From NCBI GenBank assembly GCA_965223325.1, contig CBDCWI010000001.1, positions 1,216,001-1,280,000 on the forward strand: a stretch of DNA of 64,000 bases, in the 5' to 3' direction. The translations under genes and the position numbers were made by a program. The DNA is from Candidatus Multivoradales bacterium (GTDB lineage Bacteria > Acidobacteriota > Thermoanaerobaculia > Multivoradales > Multivoraceae). The notes below the pieces were generated by a model. That model did no database searches and was not told the origin of the DNA. It saw only the letters and a list, made by a program, of their open reading frames with translations. Shown here piece after piece: positions 46,433 to 56,105 of the stretch (the stretch's first letter is position 1; every line of letters begins with the position of its first letter).

Positions 46433-47842
46433 ATGTCCAAGAAGAAGATCGATCGCCGCAACCTGCTGTTCGGCTCCATCGCCGGTGCCACGGTAGCAGC
46501 TGCCACCGGCGCCACCGCTTCAGCCAACGAGTCTTCGCCGCACGGATCGCCGCAGCACGGTGCCCAGCGCTCACCGACTTTGCCACCGCGCTCATACCTG
46601 GACCGGGAGGGGTTTCGCGCCGCACCGATCGACGAGGTTCGCATCGGCTTCGTGGGAACCGGTCTCCAGGGCGGCGGGCACGTTCGCAACTTCCTGGGCA
46701 TCGAGGGAGTGAGCGTGCGCGCCATCTGCGACGTCGACAGAGCGCGCGCCGAGGAAGTCGCCTCGTGGGTGGCGAAAGTCGGCCAGCCGGCGCCCGAGCT
46801 CTACACCAGGGGGCCGGAAGACTGGCGACGGCTCTGTGAGCGGCCTGACATTGACCTGGTGTTCAACGCCACCCCTTGGGAGTGGCACGTGCCTGTGTGT
46901 ACGGCAGCGATGGAAGCCGGCAAGCACACGGCTGTCGAGGTCCCGGCTGCGATCACATTGGACGGATGCTGGGAACTGGTCGAAACGGCCGAACGCACAG
47001 AGCGCCACTGCGTGATGATGGAGAACTGCAACTACGGCCAGCGCGAACTGATGATCCTGCGTATGTGTCGCATGGGCATGCTCGGTGAGCTGCTACACGC
47101 CGAGGGGGCGTACATTCACGACCTGCGCGGCATCAAGTTCGGGGCGACCAACGAAGGGCTGTGGCGCTGGCGGCACTCGGTCGAGCGCAACGCCAACCTC
47201 TACCCCACCCACGGCCTCGGCCCCGTCGCACAGTGTCTCGACATCAACCGCGGCGATGCGTTCGACTACCTGGTTTCGATGAGCAGTCCGGCGCGAGGCA
47301 TAGAGGCCTGGGTCGAAGAACACCTTCCGGAGTCTGACCCGCGGCGGCACTATCACTACGCGCTCGGCGACATGAACTCGAGCTTGATCCGCACGCGCCG
47401 CGGTCGCACGATCCTCCTACAGCACGACACGACCACGCCGCGCCCCTACAGTCGAATCAACCTCGTCCAGGGAACCAAGGGCACCGTCACTGGCTATCCA
47501 GACCGGGCCTTCCTCGAAGATCGGTCGCCAGACGGACATCGTTGGCAGGACCTCGAAACGTTGCAAAGAGAGTTCGAGCACCCGCTGTGGAAGGAACACG
47601 GTGCCGGGGCCGCCGGCGCCGGTCACGGCGGCATGGACTATCTCGAAGATCTGCGGCTGATCCAGGCTCTGCGCGAGGGTCGTCCCACCGATATGGACGT
47701 CTACGACGCCGCCGCCCTTTCGGTGCCGGTCGCCCTCAGTGAGACCTCGGTCAGAGAGCGCAGCCGACCGGTCGACTTCCCGGACTTCACCCGCGGGCTG
47801 TGGAGAAAAAGGGTGCCCATTCCGCTGGGAAACGGGATCTAG
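46433..47842 (+). CDS. Tat-exported Gfo/Idh/MocA oxidoreductase, GH109 alpha-N-acetylgalactosaminidase-like
   Basis: Twin-Arg DRRNLL; ATPWEWH, AVEVP, MMENCNY, YPTHGLGP, PRPYSR, GHGGMD. Confidence 0.88.
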   Translation: MSKKKIDRRNLLFGSIAGATVAAATGATASANESSPHGSPQHGAQRSPTLPPRSYLDREGFRAAPIDEVRIGFVGTGLQGGGHVRNFLGIEGVSVRAICDVDRARAEEVASWVAKVGQPAPELYTRGPEDWRRLCERPDIDLVFNATPWEWHVPVCTAAMEAGKHTAVEVPAAITLDGCWELVETAERTERHCVMMENCNYGQRELMILRMCRMGMLGELLHAEGAYIHDLRGIKFGATNEGLWRWRHSVERNANLYPTHGLGPVAQCLDINRGDAFDYLVSMSSPARGIEAWVEEHLPESDPRRHYHYALGDMNSSLIRTRRGRTILLQHDTTTPRPYSRINLVQGTKGTVTGYPDRAFLEDRSPDGHRWQDLETLQREFEHPLWKEHGAGAAGAGHGGMDYLEDLRLIQALREGRPTDMDVYDAAALSVPVALSETSVRERSRPVDFPDFTRGLWRKRVPIPLGNGI

Positions 47843-47980
47843 CACTGGGAATCAGAGGTTTCGCGGGCGAGCTTGCAGTCACCGATTCACAACTTTAAAA
47901 TAGTTTCTCCCCTGTTTCGATTCACCGAGGGCTGACGTCCCAGAGCCGAGCGCTCGATGGCTCATTGGCCTGGACTCTCA

Positions 47981-49297
47981 ATGAAGAGGTGCTCTGCTGT
48001 GTACAAATTCCCTGTTATCTCCCTGCCCGTCGCTTCAAGGCCTGCCGCGCTTGCCTTCCCGAAGCTCTGGGCACCATGTCTGGCGCTGGTCGCGGCCTTG
48101 TTCTGGACGCTCCCCCTCACCGCCCAGTCCTTCCTGGCACATCCCCAGAAGAATGGCCCACAGCGCGCGCCTGATGTCGCCATCGCCGACGACGGCACCT
48201 TCCTGGTCGCCTGGTCGAACGACGACAGCGAGAAGATCGAGGCCCGCTTCTTCAACGCCGATGGAACCCCCGGAAGCGATGTGCTCATCCTCGGCAACGG
48301 CGACCCCTTTCCGCCAACGGTCGGCGTCGCGGCGCTCAATCCCGGCTTCATCGTGGTCTGGGACGCTCCCAGCTTCGAGCTCCAGGGCCGATACGTCAGC
48401 GCCGACGGGGTGCCGTCCGGTGACGCTTTTCTGGTTCTATACGGCTACTACGGTGCGGTGGCCTCGAACAGCAGCGGCGACTTCGTCGTTTCGGCCAACA
48501 GCTACGCCGATTCGAACATGATCCCAGACGAAACCGACCCCGACGACATGGTGGTCGCCAAGCGCTATCGCCGCAATCAGGCGGGCGAGTACATCCCCTC
48601 AGACCCGATTCAGGTCAACGTCAGAACGGTAGGCCTGCAGACCAACTCGGCGGTCGATATGTGGGAAGACGGCACCTATGTCGTCGCCTGGGAGCTCAAC
48701 TGCCCAAGCTCGGACCCCTGCGAGGACGGCGACGACGCCTTCGGGGTGCGTTTCCGGCGGTTCAAGAAGAACTCCGACCCGATCACCAGCGAGATCAAAC
48801 CGCACGACCTCGGCGCTGGCCTTCAGCTCGCTCCCGACGTCTTCGCTCGTCCCGACGGCACCTTCGTGATGACCTGGGACGGTCAGGTCGCCGGCGCCGA
48901 TTCACGATCGACGATCTGGGTGCGCGGCTTCAGTGCCAATGGCTCGGCGTTCGGTCCCGAGGAGATCGTTCCCACGTCGACCGACGATCAGCTCAGTCCT
49001 TCGATCGCGGGCGCTGACTCGGGTGAGCTGCTCATCGTCTGGGACGATGAGCAGGAGAACCTGCAAGGTCGTCTTCTCGACGCGCAGCTCGGTCGCCTTT
49101 CAGACGAGTTGCCGCTGAGCGGCAGGGCGATGGGCGAGCGGCCACATGTCGACGGAGCTGGAGATCGCTTCTGGATCGCCTGGTCGGACGTGTTCACCGG
49201 CGGCGCCGACGTCTACCTGGACACCCTGGTCGTGCCGCTGTTCGAAGACGACTTCGAGAGCGAGGGCACCAGCAAGTGGTCATCGACCACGCCCTGA
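47981..49297 (+). CDS. Secreted repeat protein with C-terminal LFEDDFES..W motif
   Basis: Signal peptide, repeated P.VA...DG.F.V.W units, C-terminus PLFEDDFESEGTSKWSSTTP; start uncertain. Confidence 0.75.
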   Translation: MKRCSAVYKFPVISLPVASRPAALAFPKLWAPCLALVAALFWTLPLTAQSFLAHPQKNGPQRAPDVAIADDGTFLVAWSNDDSEKIEARFFNADGTPGSDVLILGNGDPFPPTVGVAALNPGFIVVWDAPSFELQGRYVSADGVPSGDAFLVLYGYYGAVASNSSGDFVVSANSYADSNMIPDETDPDDMVVAKRYRRNQAGEYIPSDPIQVNVRTVGLQTNSAVDMWEDGTYVVAWELNCPSSDPCEDGDDAFGVRFRRFKKNSDPITSEIKPHDLGAGLQLAPDVFARPDGTFVMTWDGQVAGADSRSTIWVRGFSANGSAFGPEEIVPTSTDDQLSPSIAGADSGELLIVWDDEQENLQGRLLDAQLGRLSDELPLSGRAMGERPHVDGAGDRFWIAWSDVFTGGADVYLDTLVVPLFEDDFESEGTSKWSSTTP

Positions 49298-49316
49298 CAC
49301 CAACTATCATCGGCGG

Positions 49317-50003
49317 ATGACGATCACCGCCGGGAACCCGCCACTCGATCCCAAGGGTCTCCTGGTCAGCGACCTGTGGGTCGATGCGTTCGACGCTCAC
49401 GACCAGCTCGCGGCGCGGCGTGCCCAGGGACTGGTCACAGAAGACGAAGCCGCCGGCCTCGCTCAGTTCATCGACGAGGGGTACCTGACGATCGATCTCG
49501 GGGTCGACACTTCAACCTGCGAGAGGATCCAGGAGAGCGTCGAGCAGTTGTGGCGAGAGAAACCGCACGACGTCGCCTTCGCCTATCGTGCACCCTTGCA
49601 GAGAATGTCCGATCTGCCCTACTACCAGTTCGAGCCCGGCGTCTGGCGCTTCGACCCGCAGCGCTTCGGCGACGAAGACGCCAAGCGTCAAGCGCAACAT
49701 GACCTCGATGAGTGCGAACGGGCCGGTCTCGAGGTCGAGCGGTTCCTGCCACGGCGCGGTCATGCCCTGCTCTGGCATCACTCGCTGCTGCACGGCGGCA
49801 GCTACCCCGAAGACCCGCGTTCGACGCGCAAGAGTTTCGTCGTCCACTACGCGACGCTCGAGAACCAGGAGTCTGCTCGCATTTCCATTCAGGAGGGCGG
49901 CGAACTCCGAACCTATGAGAGCTTCGAGGTCATGGCGCGCGGTGAGGCGTTCGGGTATCAGAGTCCACTACGCAGTGAACAGTCTGCGCCCGAGGTCTTC
50001 TAG
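49317..50003 (+). pseudogene. Phytanoyl-CoA dioxygenase (PhyH) family gene apparently missing its central HxD segment
   Basis: N-terminal F.DEGY and C-terminal G.ALLWHHSLLHGGS..TRKSFVVHY are present; the HxD/W.ALED/PGSH core is not visible between them. Confidence 0.55.
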
Positions 50004-50095
50004 AAAGAGTTTCGGTTCGGGCAAGCCGCCGAGGGCGCCTCGGTCACCAGAAGGAAACGTCGGCGATCCGCAGCGGGAGTGCCTCAGGGCGTCCC

Positions 50096-50866
50096 TCAGG
50101 CTTTGTCGGCAACCATCACCGCTGCCAGAGCGGGCTGTCTGTCTCTAAAAGACAGGGCGCTCGTTTCTCCGAGGGCAAGAGCTTCCGGACAAAGAACCGA
50201 CGGTCGACGGATGCCGGCATGCGGCCACACCCCGTCGGGCGGGCGAAAGCGAAACAACCGCACCTGATCGAACGCCGCCTCCACCATCGCCCGCCAATAC
50301 CAGACGTAGGGGTGACGCAGCTCGGGCGCTACTCTCCTCGCCTCGGCGAGCTCGGCCGGAAATGCAACGGCAGGCATCGAGAAGGCTGCGCGACCGCTCT
50401 CCAGGCTCCTCGCCAAAGTCGCCAGGGCGTCTTCGGGACTGGCGCACTGCGGCAACCAGTCGAGGGCGAGGACGGCGTCGCACCCCGCATGCTTGTCGAG
50501 CGCGGCTGCCGCGGCCTCCGGGCGGAGGTTCGGGGCGAGCTCGAAGGACGCCTCGCCTTTCGAAGAGGACCTGGCGTATCGCTTGCTTGCGAACTTCTGG
50601 AGGCGCGGGTCCTGCTCGACTCCCCGATAGCTCGTCACCCCCGCGCCCGCGAGGACCGGAGCCTGGAAGCCCGTACCCGAACCAATCTCGAACACCCACC
50701 GACCAGTCAGCAACGGTGCCAACCGTTGATAGAGCGCGAGCCTGGTGCGATAGCGATCGTCCTCGAGCAAGGGCGACATCGGATCGCTCTTTGCCGACAG
50801 ACCGTTGACCATCAGGCGAAGGCGGTAGAAGACCTTGCCCAGGGATCTGGATACAGCAGAAGACAT
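50096..50866 (-). CDS. Class I SAM-dependent methyltransferase-like protein
   Basis: VFEIGSGTG motif I and YRGVE motif II; start uncertain. Confidence 0.7.
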   Translation of the reverse strand: MSSAVSRSLGKVFYRLRLMVNGLSAKSDPMSPLLEDDRYRTRLALYQRLAPLLTGRWVFEIGSGTGFQAPVLAGAGVTSYRGVEQDPRLQKFASKRYARSSSKGEASFELAPNLRPEAAAAALDKHAGCDAVLALDWLPQCASPEDALATLARSLESGRAAFSMPAVAFPAELAEARRVAPELRHPYVWYWRAMVEAAFDQVRLFRFRPPDGVWPHAGIRRPSVLCPEALALGETSALSFRDRQPALAAVMVADKA

Positions 50867-50958
50867 GGAGAAGGGCAGGCTATCAGTGTCGTGGGCGTAC
50901 ACTGAACGGTGAAATCAGTGCCGCACACACCCCGACTCTCTCTGCCTGGAGGCCTCGA

Positions 50959-51714
50959 ATGTCTGATCAGCCACAAGCCGAACCCACGGTCGAACGCGTC
51001 GACAACCATGGAGTCTCCTACCTGTCGCTCAATCGACCAGACAAGCTCAACGCACTGTCGCCCGCCCTGTTCGTCGAACTGCGCGCCCACATCGACCGTC
51101 TGGCAGGCGAGGCCACATCGATCGGCGTCGTTGTCCTGCGGGGTAACGGGCGTTCCTTCTCAGCCGGCAACGACCTCAAAGCCATTCAGGCTGGCGAACG
51201 GGCACCGACTCCGCACTTCCAGGCCGACACGCTCTGTGCAATCGAAGAGCTACCGCAGCCCGTTATCTGCTCGGTACGCGGTCACTGTTTGACTGGAGCA
51301 CTCGAGCTGGCGCTGGCCGGCGACCTCATCATCGCCTCCGACACTGCCCGCTTTGCCGACACCCACGGCAAGTGGGCGATGACGCCGACCTGGGGAATGA
51401 GCCAGCGGTTGCCCCGTCGCGTCGGTCCTCACAAGGCGCTCGAGTGGATGCTGACCGGTCGCACCATCGACGGTGCCGAAGCCGCGGCTTCCGGTCTAGC
51501 AAACCTCTGCGTTCCAGACGACGCCCTCGACGAGACAACCCGCGAATGGGCCGAACAGATCGCTGCCAACTCGTGGCACACCCTCGCCGCCGACAAGATG
51601 TTGGTGCGCGGCGCTCTCGATCGCGGCCTCGAAGAGGGTCTTCGGTTCGAGCGCCAGAACAGCCCTGGTCGAGGCCCCGATATGGAGGAGCGCCTGAAAG
51701 CCTTCGGGCGCTAG
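50959..51714 (+). CDS. Enoyl-CoA hydratase/isomerase family protein
   Basis: LNRPDKLNAL, FSAGNDL, GALELALAGD, FADTH, SQRLPRRVG. Confidence 0.92.
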   Translation: MSDQPQAEPTVERVDNHGVSYLSLNRPDKLNALSPALFVELRAHIDRLAGEATSIGVVVLRGNGRSFSAGNDLKAIQAGERAPTPHFQADTLCAIEELPQPVICSVRGHCLTGALELALAGDLIIASDTARFADTHGKWAMTPTWGMSQRLPRRVGPHKALEWMLTGRTIDGAEAAASGLANLCVPDDALDETTREWAEQIAANSWHTLAADKMLVRGALDRGLEEGLRFERQNSPGRGPDMEERLKAFGR

Positions 51715-52178
51715 TCGACCTCGAAAACCGCGTCGATCTCGACTGGGACGTCAAAAGGAAGCACGTTGGTCCCGACGGCGAAGCGCGCGTGCCGCCCCCG
51801 CTCACCGAGCGCCTCGACCATCAGGTCGGAGGCGCCGTTGACCACCATCGGCTGCTGATCGAACTCGGGGACGCAGTTGACGAAGCCCCCCAGCTTGACA
51901 CAGCGCCGCACGCGCTCCAGGTCTCCACCCAGCGCGGCCTTCAGCGCCCCCAGAATGTTGAGCCCCACGAGACGGGCGGCAGCGTTGGCCTCCTGGGGAT
52001 TGACCCCTCGGCCGACCTTGCCACGATAGAGAATCTTGCCGTTCTTGACCGGCACCTGACCCGAAATAAAGACCAGATTGCCCGACCGCACCCAGGGAAC
52101 ATAGTTGGCGGCGGGCGCAGCGACGTCAGGAACCTCGATGCCCGCTGCCTCGAGTCGCTCCTGGATGGTTTCGGCCAC
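51711..52178 (-). CDS. RidA/YjgF family protein
   Basis: PAANYVP, ISGQVP, NGASDL, GRHARFAVG, PVEID; GTG start with GAGGAG RBS. Confidence 0.9.
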   Translation of the reverse strand: MAETIQERLEAAGIEVPDVAAPAANYVPWVRSGNLVFISGQVPVKNGKILYRGKVGRGVNPQEANAAARLVGLNILGALKAALGGDLERVRRCVKLGGFVNCVPEFDQQPMVVNGASDLMVEALGERGRHARFAVGTNVLPFDVPVEIDAVFEVD

Positions 52179-52293
52179 GATCCTCTCCTCAGTCGGAAAC
52201 TTTTTGGGGCCGCAGCCTAGCACGTACTCCTCGCCATTCTAAGGATTCTCCTCGAACGTGTGCGGCCCGCCGATACCGCCGACAGCGAGGCGG

Positions 52294-52413
52294 TTTTCCA
52301 CACCACGCCAACACCCAGAACGACAGTCATCTCCACCGCGTTCCAGGGAGTTTTTCCACAGTTTTCTCCTCAGTTCCAGTCACCGCCCACAGCTTTTCCA
52401 CAAGTTTTCCACA
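52294..52413 (+). promoter_or_regulatory. Cluster of four co-oriented DnaA-box consensus matches (TTTTCCACA)
   Basis: TTTTCCACA at 52294, 52352, 52394 and 52405 fits TTWTNCACA; located in the divergent intergenic region. Confidence 0.65.
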
Positions 52414-52448
52414 ACCGCCCAAGAGGACCCGGGTGATAGCGTGTTTCG

Positions 52449-52462
52449 ACCGACCGGTCGGT
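52449..52462. promoter_or_regulatory. Perfect 14-bp palindrome, possible operator
   Basis: ACCGACCGGTCGGT, about 46 bp upstream of the serine hydrolase ATG. Confidence 0.45.
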
Positions 52463-52508
52463 TTCTCGCGACCCGACCCCTGTTCTCTCATCTCTGGAGG
52501 TCCTTCTG

Positions 52509-53927
52509 ATGTCTGAGAAGCCGCTGTCGCTTCAGTCCACCCCCGTCCGCCTGCCTGTTTCTTCGGTGGTCGTGTTGACCGCTCTCCTCCTTGCTCCTAC
52601 TGCCTGGGCGGCACCGCCGGTGAGCAGCGGAGCGAGCAACGCTGCCGATGCGACGGCTGCTAAAGATCTTCCCCGCGCCGAGCCCGCCGAGGTCGGTATG
52701 TCGGCGGAGAGATTGGCCCGCATTGGCAAGCACTTCCAGGGATACATCGATCGCGGGGACGCGGCCGGTGCGGCCGGAATGATCGCCCGCCGCGGCAAGA
52801 TCGTGTGGTCGGAAGAATGGGGCCACCGCGACCGCGAGACTGGCGAGCCGATGTTGGAAGACACCATCCATCGCATCTACTCGATGTCGAAGCCGATCAC
52901 CAGCGTCGCTTTGATGACGCTTTATGAAGAGGGCCGGTTTGCCCTCAACGACCCTGTCGAACGCTACCTGCCCGAGCTGGCCGACCTCGAGGTGTGGGAA
53001 GAGATCACCGACCTCGAGACTGGCAAGACGACCGTCAAGAAGGGCCCGGCGGTGCGGAAGCCAACAATCCTCGACCTGATGCGCCATACGGCAGGTTTTT
53101 CCTACGGCTTCTTCGGCGACACCGAGGTCGACAAGGCCTACCGACAGGCCGGCCTGATGTTCACCGACAAGGACATCAAGGAGTCGATCGAGAAGCTCGG
53201 CCAGATGCCGCTGCTCTTCCAGCCCGGCACGCGTTGGCACTACAGCGTCAGCGTCGACGTGCAAGGCCGGCTGGTCGAAGTGATCTCGGGCCAACCCTTC
53301 GATGAGTTCCTCGAGGACCGCCTGTTCAAACCACTCGGCATGAACGACACCAGCTTCATCGTGCCGGCCGCCAAGCTCGATCGTTTCGCGCAGCTCTATG
53401 CGCCGAAGGGCACCGAGTACGGCAACGACGCCTTCTTGCAGCAGACCCAGGGCAAGGAGATCATGCCGGCTCCGGCCGCTTCCTCGCGTGGCTTCCAGGA
53501 GGGCGCAACCCTCTTCTCCGGCGGCGGTGGCCTGGTGTCTACTTCGGCAGACTACTGGCGCTTCTGCCAGATGGTGCTCAATGGCGGCGAGCTCAACGGA
53601 ACGCGCATCTTGTCGCCCAAGACTGTTGAGCTGATGTCACGCAATCACCTCTCCGGCATGGCCGACGTGGGAAGCAACGGCACCGCGAGCGTCTTCGGTC
53701 GTGGCGGCGTGGGCTTCGGACTCGGCTTCTCGGTCATCACCGACATCAACAAGACCGGCGAGATCGGCTCCAACGGCACACTGAGTTGGGGCGGCGCTGC
53801 CGGCACCGGCTTCTTCATCGATCCGGAAGAAGAACTGATCGGTATCTTCATGGTGCAGATCCTGCCCCACCGCACCACCATGCGCCAGGAGTTCGACCAG
53901 TTGGTCTACCAGGCGATCGTCGAATAA
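52509..53927 (+). CDS. Secreted serine hydrolase, beta-lactamase (class C-like) family
   Basis: RIYSMSKPIT (SxxK), LMRHTAG, PGTRWHYS, SGGGGLVST, WGGAAGT. Confidence 0.92.
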   Translation: MSEKPLSLQSTPVRLPVSSVVVLTALLLAPTAWAAPPVSSGASNAADATAAKDLPRAEPAEVGMSAERLARIGKHFQGYIDRGDAAGAAGMIARRGKIVWSEEWGHRDRETGEPMLEDTIHRIYSMSKPITSVALMTLYEEGRFALNDPVERYLPELADLEVWEEITDLETGKTTVKKGPAVRKPTILDLMRHTAGFSYGFFGDTEVDKAYRQAGLMFTDKDIKESIEKLGQMPLLFQPGTRWHYSVSVDVQGRLVEVISGQPFDEFLEDRLFKPLGMNDTSFIVPAAKLDRFAQLYAPKGTEYGNDAFLQQTQGKEIMPAPAASSRGFQEGATLFSGGGGLVSTSADYWRFCQMVLNGGELNGTRILSPKTVELMSRNHLSGMADVGSNGTASVFGRGGVGFGLGFSVITDINKTGEIGSNGTLSWGGAAGTGFFIDPEEELIGIFMVQILPHRTTMRQEFDQLVYQAIVE

Positions 53928-53955
53928 CCAGCAACGCAGTCGAGCGAAGAGCACC

Positions 53956-53990
53956 GGGCCGGTAGCGATCGCTGCCGGCCCTTCTCTTTT
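53956..53990 (+). terminator. Rho-independent terminator
   Basis: GGGCCGGTAGCG-AT-CGCTGCCGGCCC stem (one G.U pair) followed by TTCTCTTTT. Confidence 0.7.
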
Positions 53991-54022
53991 CGGACCCAAC
54001 TCCTCGGAGCTTCACCAACCCA

Positions 54023-55450
54023 ATGAGCGACAAACACAAGAGCACCGTGCCGATCCTCGAGGTCGGGGCGCCGCACGCCGTCGACCGACGGTCGATCCTG
54101 GCGCTCGCCTGGCCGGTGATTCTGACCAACGTGCTGACGACAGGCGTGCAGTGGGTCGACTTGTTGATGGTGGCGCAGCTGGGTACCGCAACGGTGGCCG
54201 CCGTTGGCCTGGCGGGTTTTCTGACGACGCTGTTCTGGGCGGTTCTGATGGCGCTCCAAACCGGCACGCAGATCCTCGTCGCCCAGGCCTACGGAGCCCG
54301 CGACCGGCGAACCATCGACCACGTCGTGCAACTGGCGCTACTCCTCGGCGGCGGACTGGCGCTCTTGATCAGCTGGGTCGCCGCCCGCGAGGACGGTGCA
54401 CTCCTGCGCTGGGCCTTCCTGGCCTTTGACGTCGAAGAGGCGGTGGCCACCATCGGTACCCAGTACATGCGCATCATCATGATGGTGCTGGCGGCCATGG
54501 TGGTTTCCCTCGTGGCCCAAGCGGCTTTGCGGGCGGTGGGCGACACCCGAACTCCGCTCTGGCTGACCGGCGGCGCCAATCTGCTCAACGTGTTCTGCAA
54601 CTACGTCTTGATCTTCGGCAAGTTCGGCGCGCCGGCGATGGGCGTCGAAGGGGCGGCCTGGGGCACGGTCATCGCTCGCGCGCTCGAAGCGCTCGCCTAC
54701 CTGGCGCTGCTCTATTCGGGTCGGCTCGCCATCTCGCTGCGCGCCCGTCGCTTCGCCTGGGACTGGCCGCGGCTCTTTTCCCTCTTACGCCTGGGCGCGC
54801 CATCCGCCGGCGAGCAGATGGTGGTGATGACGGGGCTCCTGGTCTACCAACGTGTCATCGCGGAGTTCGGTACCGCGGCCCTCGCCGCCTACCAGGTCGG
54901 AGTCATTCTCCTGCAGGCAGCCTTCATGCCCGGCTTCGGCTTCTCGGTCGCCGCAACCACGCTCGTCGGCCAATGGATGGGGGCCGGGCGCACCGAGGTC
55001 GCTCGCGAAGCGGGCAACCGTTGCCTGCGACTGGCGGTTCTCTTGATGTCGGTGATGGGTGTTTTGTTCTTCATCTTCGCCGAGGCCTTTGCCCGCCGCG
55101 TCCTCGACGACGATGCCGTCGTGCCCATCGCGGTCGGCTTCATTCGCGTGCTGGCGCTTGCCCAGCCCTTCATGGCAGTGCACTTCGCACTCACCGGCGC
55201 GCTGCGCGGGGCGGGCGACGTGCGTTCGCCGCTCCTGGCGGCGATCTTTGCGATGTATCTCGGCCGGCTGCCGATCTCGGTCCTCGCCGCCTTCGTCTTC
55301 GGCGGCTCGATCACCTACGCTTTCATCGGCATGTGGCTGGGGCACTTCATTCGCTCTGGCATTCTCAGCCTGCGCTGGCGCGGCGGGCGCTGGAAGGAGA
55401 CCGTGGTCTTGCCGAGTGAACCTCTCCACCAGGAGGTGTCTACGAGCTGA
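54023..55450 (+). CDS. MATE family efflux transporter
   Basis: LAWPVIL, AAVG, QAYGA, GDTRTP, MGVEGAAWGT, GALRGAGD. Confidence 0.93.
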   Translation: MSDKHKSTVPILEVGAPHAVDRRSILALAWPVILTNVLTTGVQWVDLLMVAQLGTATVAAVGLAGFLTTLFWAVLMALQTGTQILVAQAYGARDRRTIDHVVQLALLLGGGLALLISWVAAREDGALLRWAFLAFDVEEAVATIGTQYMRIIMMVLAAMVVSLVAQAALRAVGDTRTPLWLTGGANLLNVFCNYVLIFGKFGAPAMGVEGAAWGTVIARALEALAYLALLYSGRLAISLRARRFAWDWPRLFSLLRLGAPSAGEQMVVMTGLLVYQRVIAEFGTAALAAYQVGVILLQAAFMPGFGFSVAATTLVGQWMGAGRTEVAREAGNRCLRLAVLLMSVMGVLFFIFAEAFARRVLDDDAVVPIAVGFIRVLALAQPFMAVHFALTGALRGAGDVRSPLLAAIFAMYLGRLPISVLAAFVFGGSITYAFIGMWLGHFIRSGILSLRWRGGRWKETVVLPSEPLHQEVSTS

Positions 55451-55497
55451 GGCGACCTCGGCCACTCGGTATGATCACGGCCCCTCCAGGAGAACCC

Positions 55498-56070
55498 ATG
55501 CGAATCGACCGACCGCGCGTCTCGCCACTCGCCGACGGCGAAGGCACACCCGCTCAACGCGAGTTGCTGGAAAAGGCAGCCCTCGACGGCCAGGTGCTCA
55601 ACATCTTCCGCACCATGGCACACCACCCCGATCTCTTCCGCCGATGGCTGGTCTTCGCCGGTCACGTCCTGTCGAAGAGCACTCTGCCGGCGCGCCAACG
55701 TGAGCTCGTCATCTTGAGAGTCGGCTGGCTTTGCCGCTCAGGCTACGAGTGGGGTCAGCATGTGGTCATCGGCAAGAAGGCGGGCCTCGAAGAAGGGGAG
55801 CTCGCACGCATCGCCCACGGGCCCGAAGCTTCAGGTTGGAACCGGGAAGATCGCGCGCTTCTGCGCGCCACGGACGAGCTGCACCGAGACGCACACATCT
55901 CCGACAGCGTGTGGGATGAGCTCGACTTTCTCGATGTGCAACAGAAGATGGACCTGGTCTTCGCCGTCGGCCAGTACAACCTCGTGTCGATGGCACTCAA
56001 CACGCTCGGCGTGCAGCTCGACGAAGGCGTTCCAACCTGGCAGGACTGCCCCGGTTTCGAGCCCTCCTGA
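55498..56070 (+). CDS. Carboxymuconolactone decarboxylase/AhpD-like protein
   Basis: LNIFRTMAHHP, RELVILRVGWLC.SGYEWGQH. Confidence 0.85.
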   Translation: MRIDRPRVSPLADGEGTPAQRELLEKAALDGQVLNIFRTMAHHPDLFRRWLVFAGHVLSKSTLPARQRELVILRVGWLCRSGYEWGQHVVIGKKAGLEEGELARIAHGPEASGWNREDRALLRATDELHRDAHISDSVWDELDFLDVQQKMDLVFAVGQYNLVSMALNTLGVQLDEGVPTWQDCPGFEPS

Positions 56071-56105
56071 GCACTCTTTCGAACTTCGCAGTCCGAGCAC
56101 CTCCC

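Noticed and set aside
52509-53927. Antibiotic-resistance beta-lactamase call
   Set aside because: Motifs fit the broad esterase/serine hydrolase family; resistance cannot be inferred from them.
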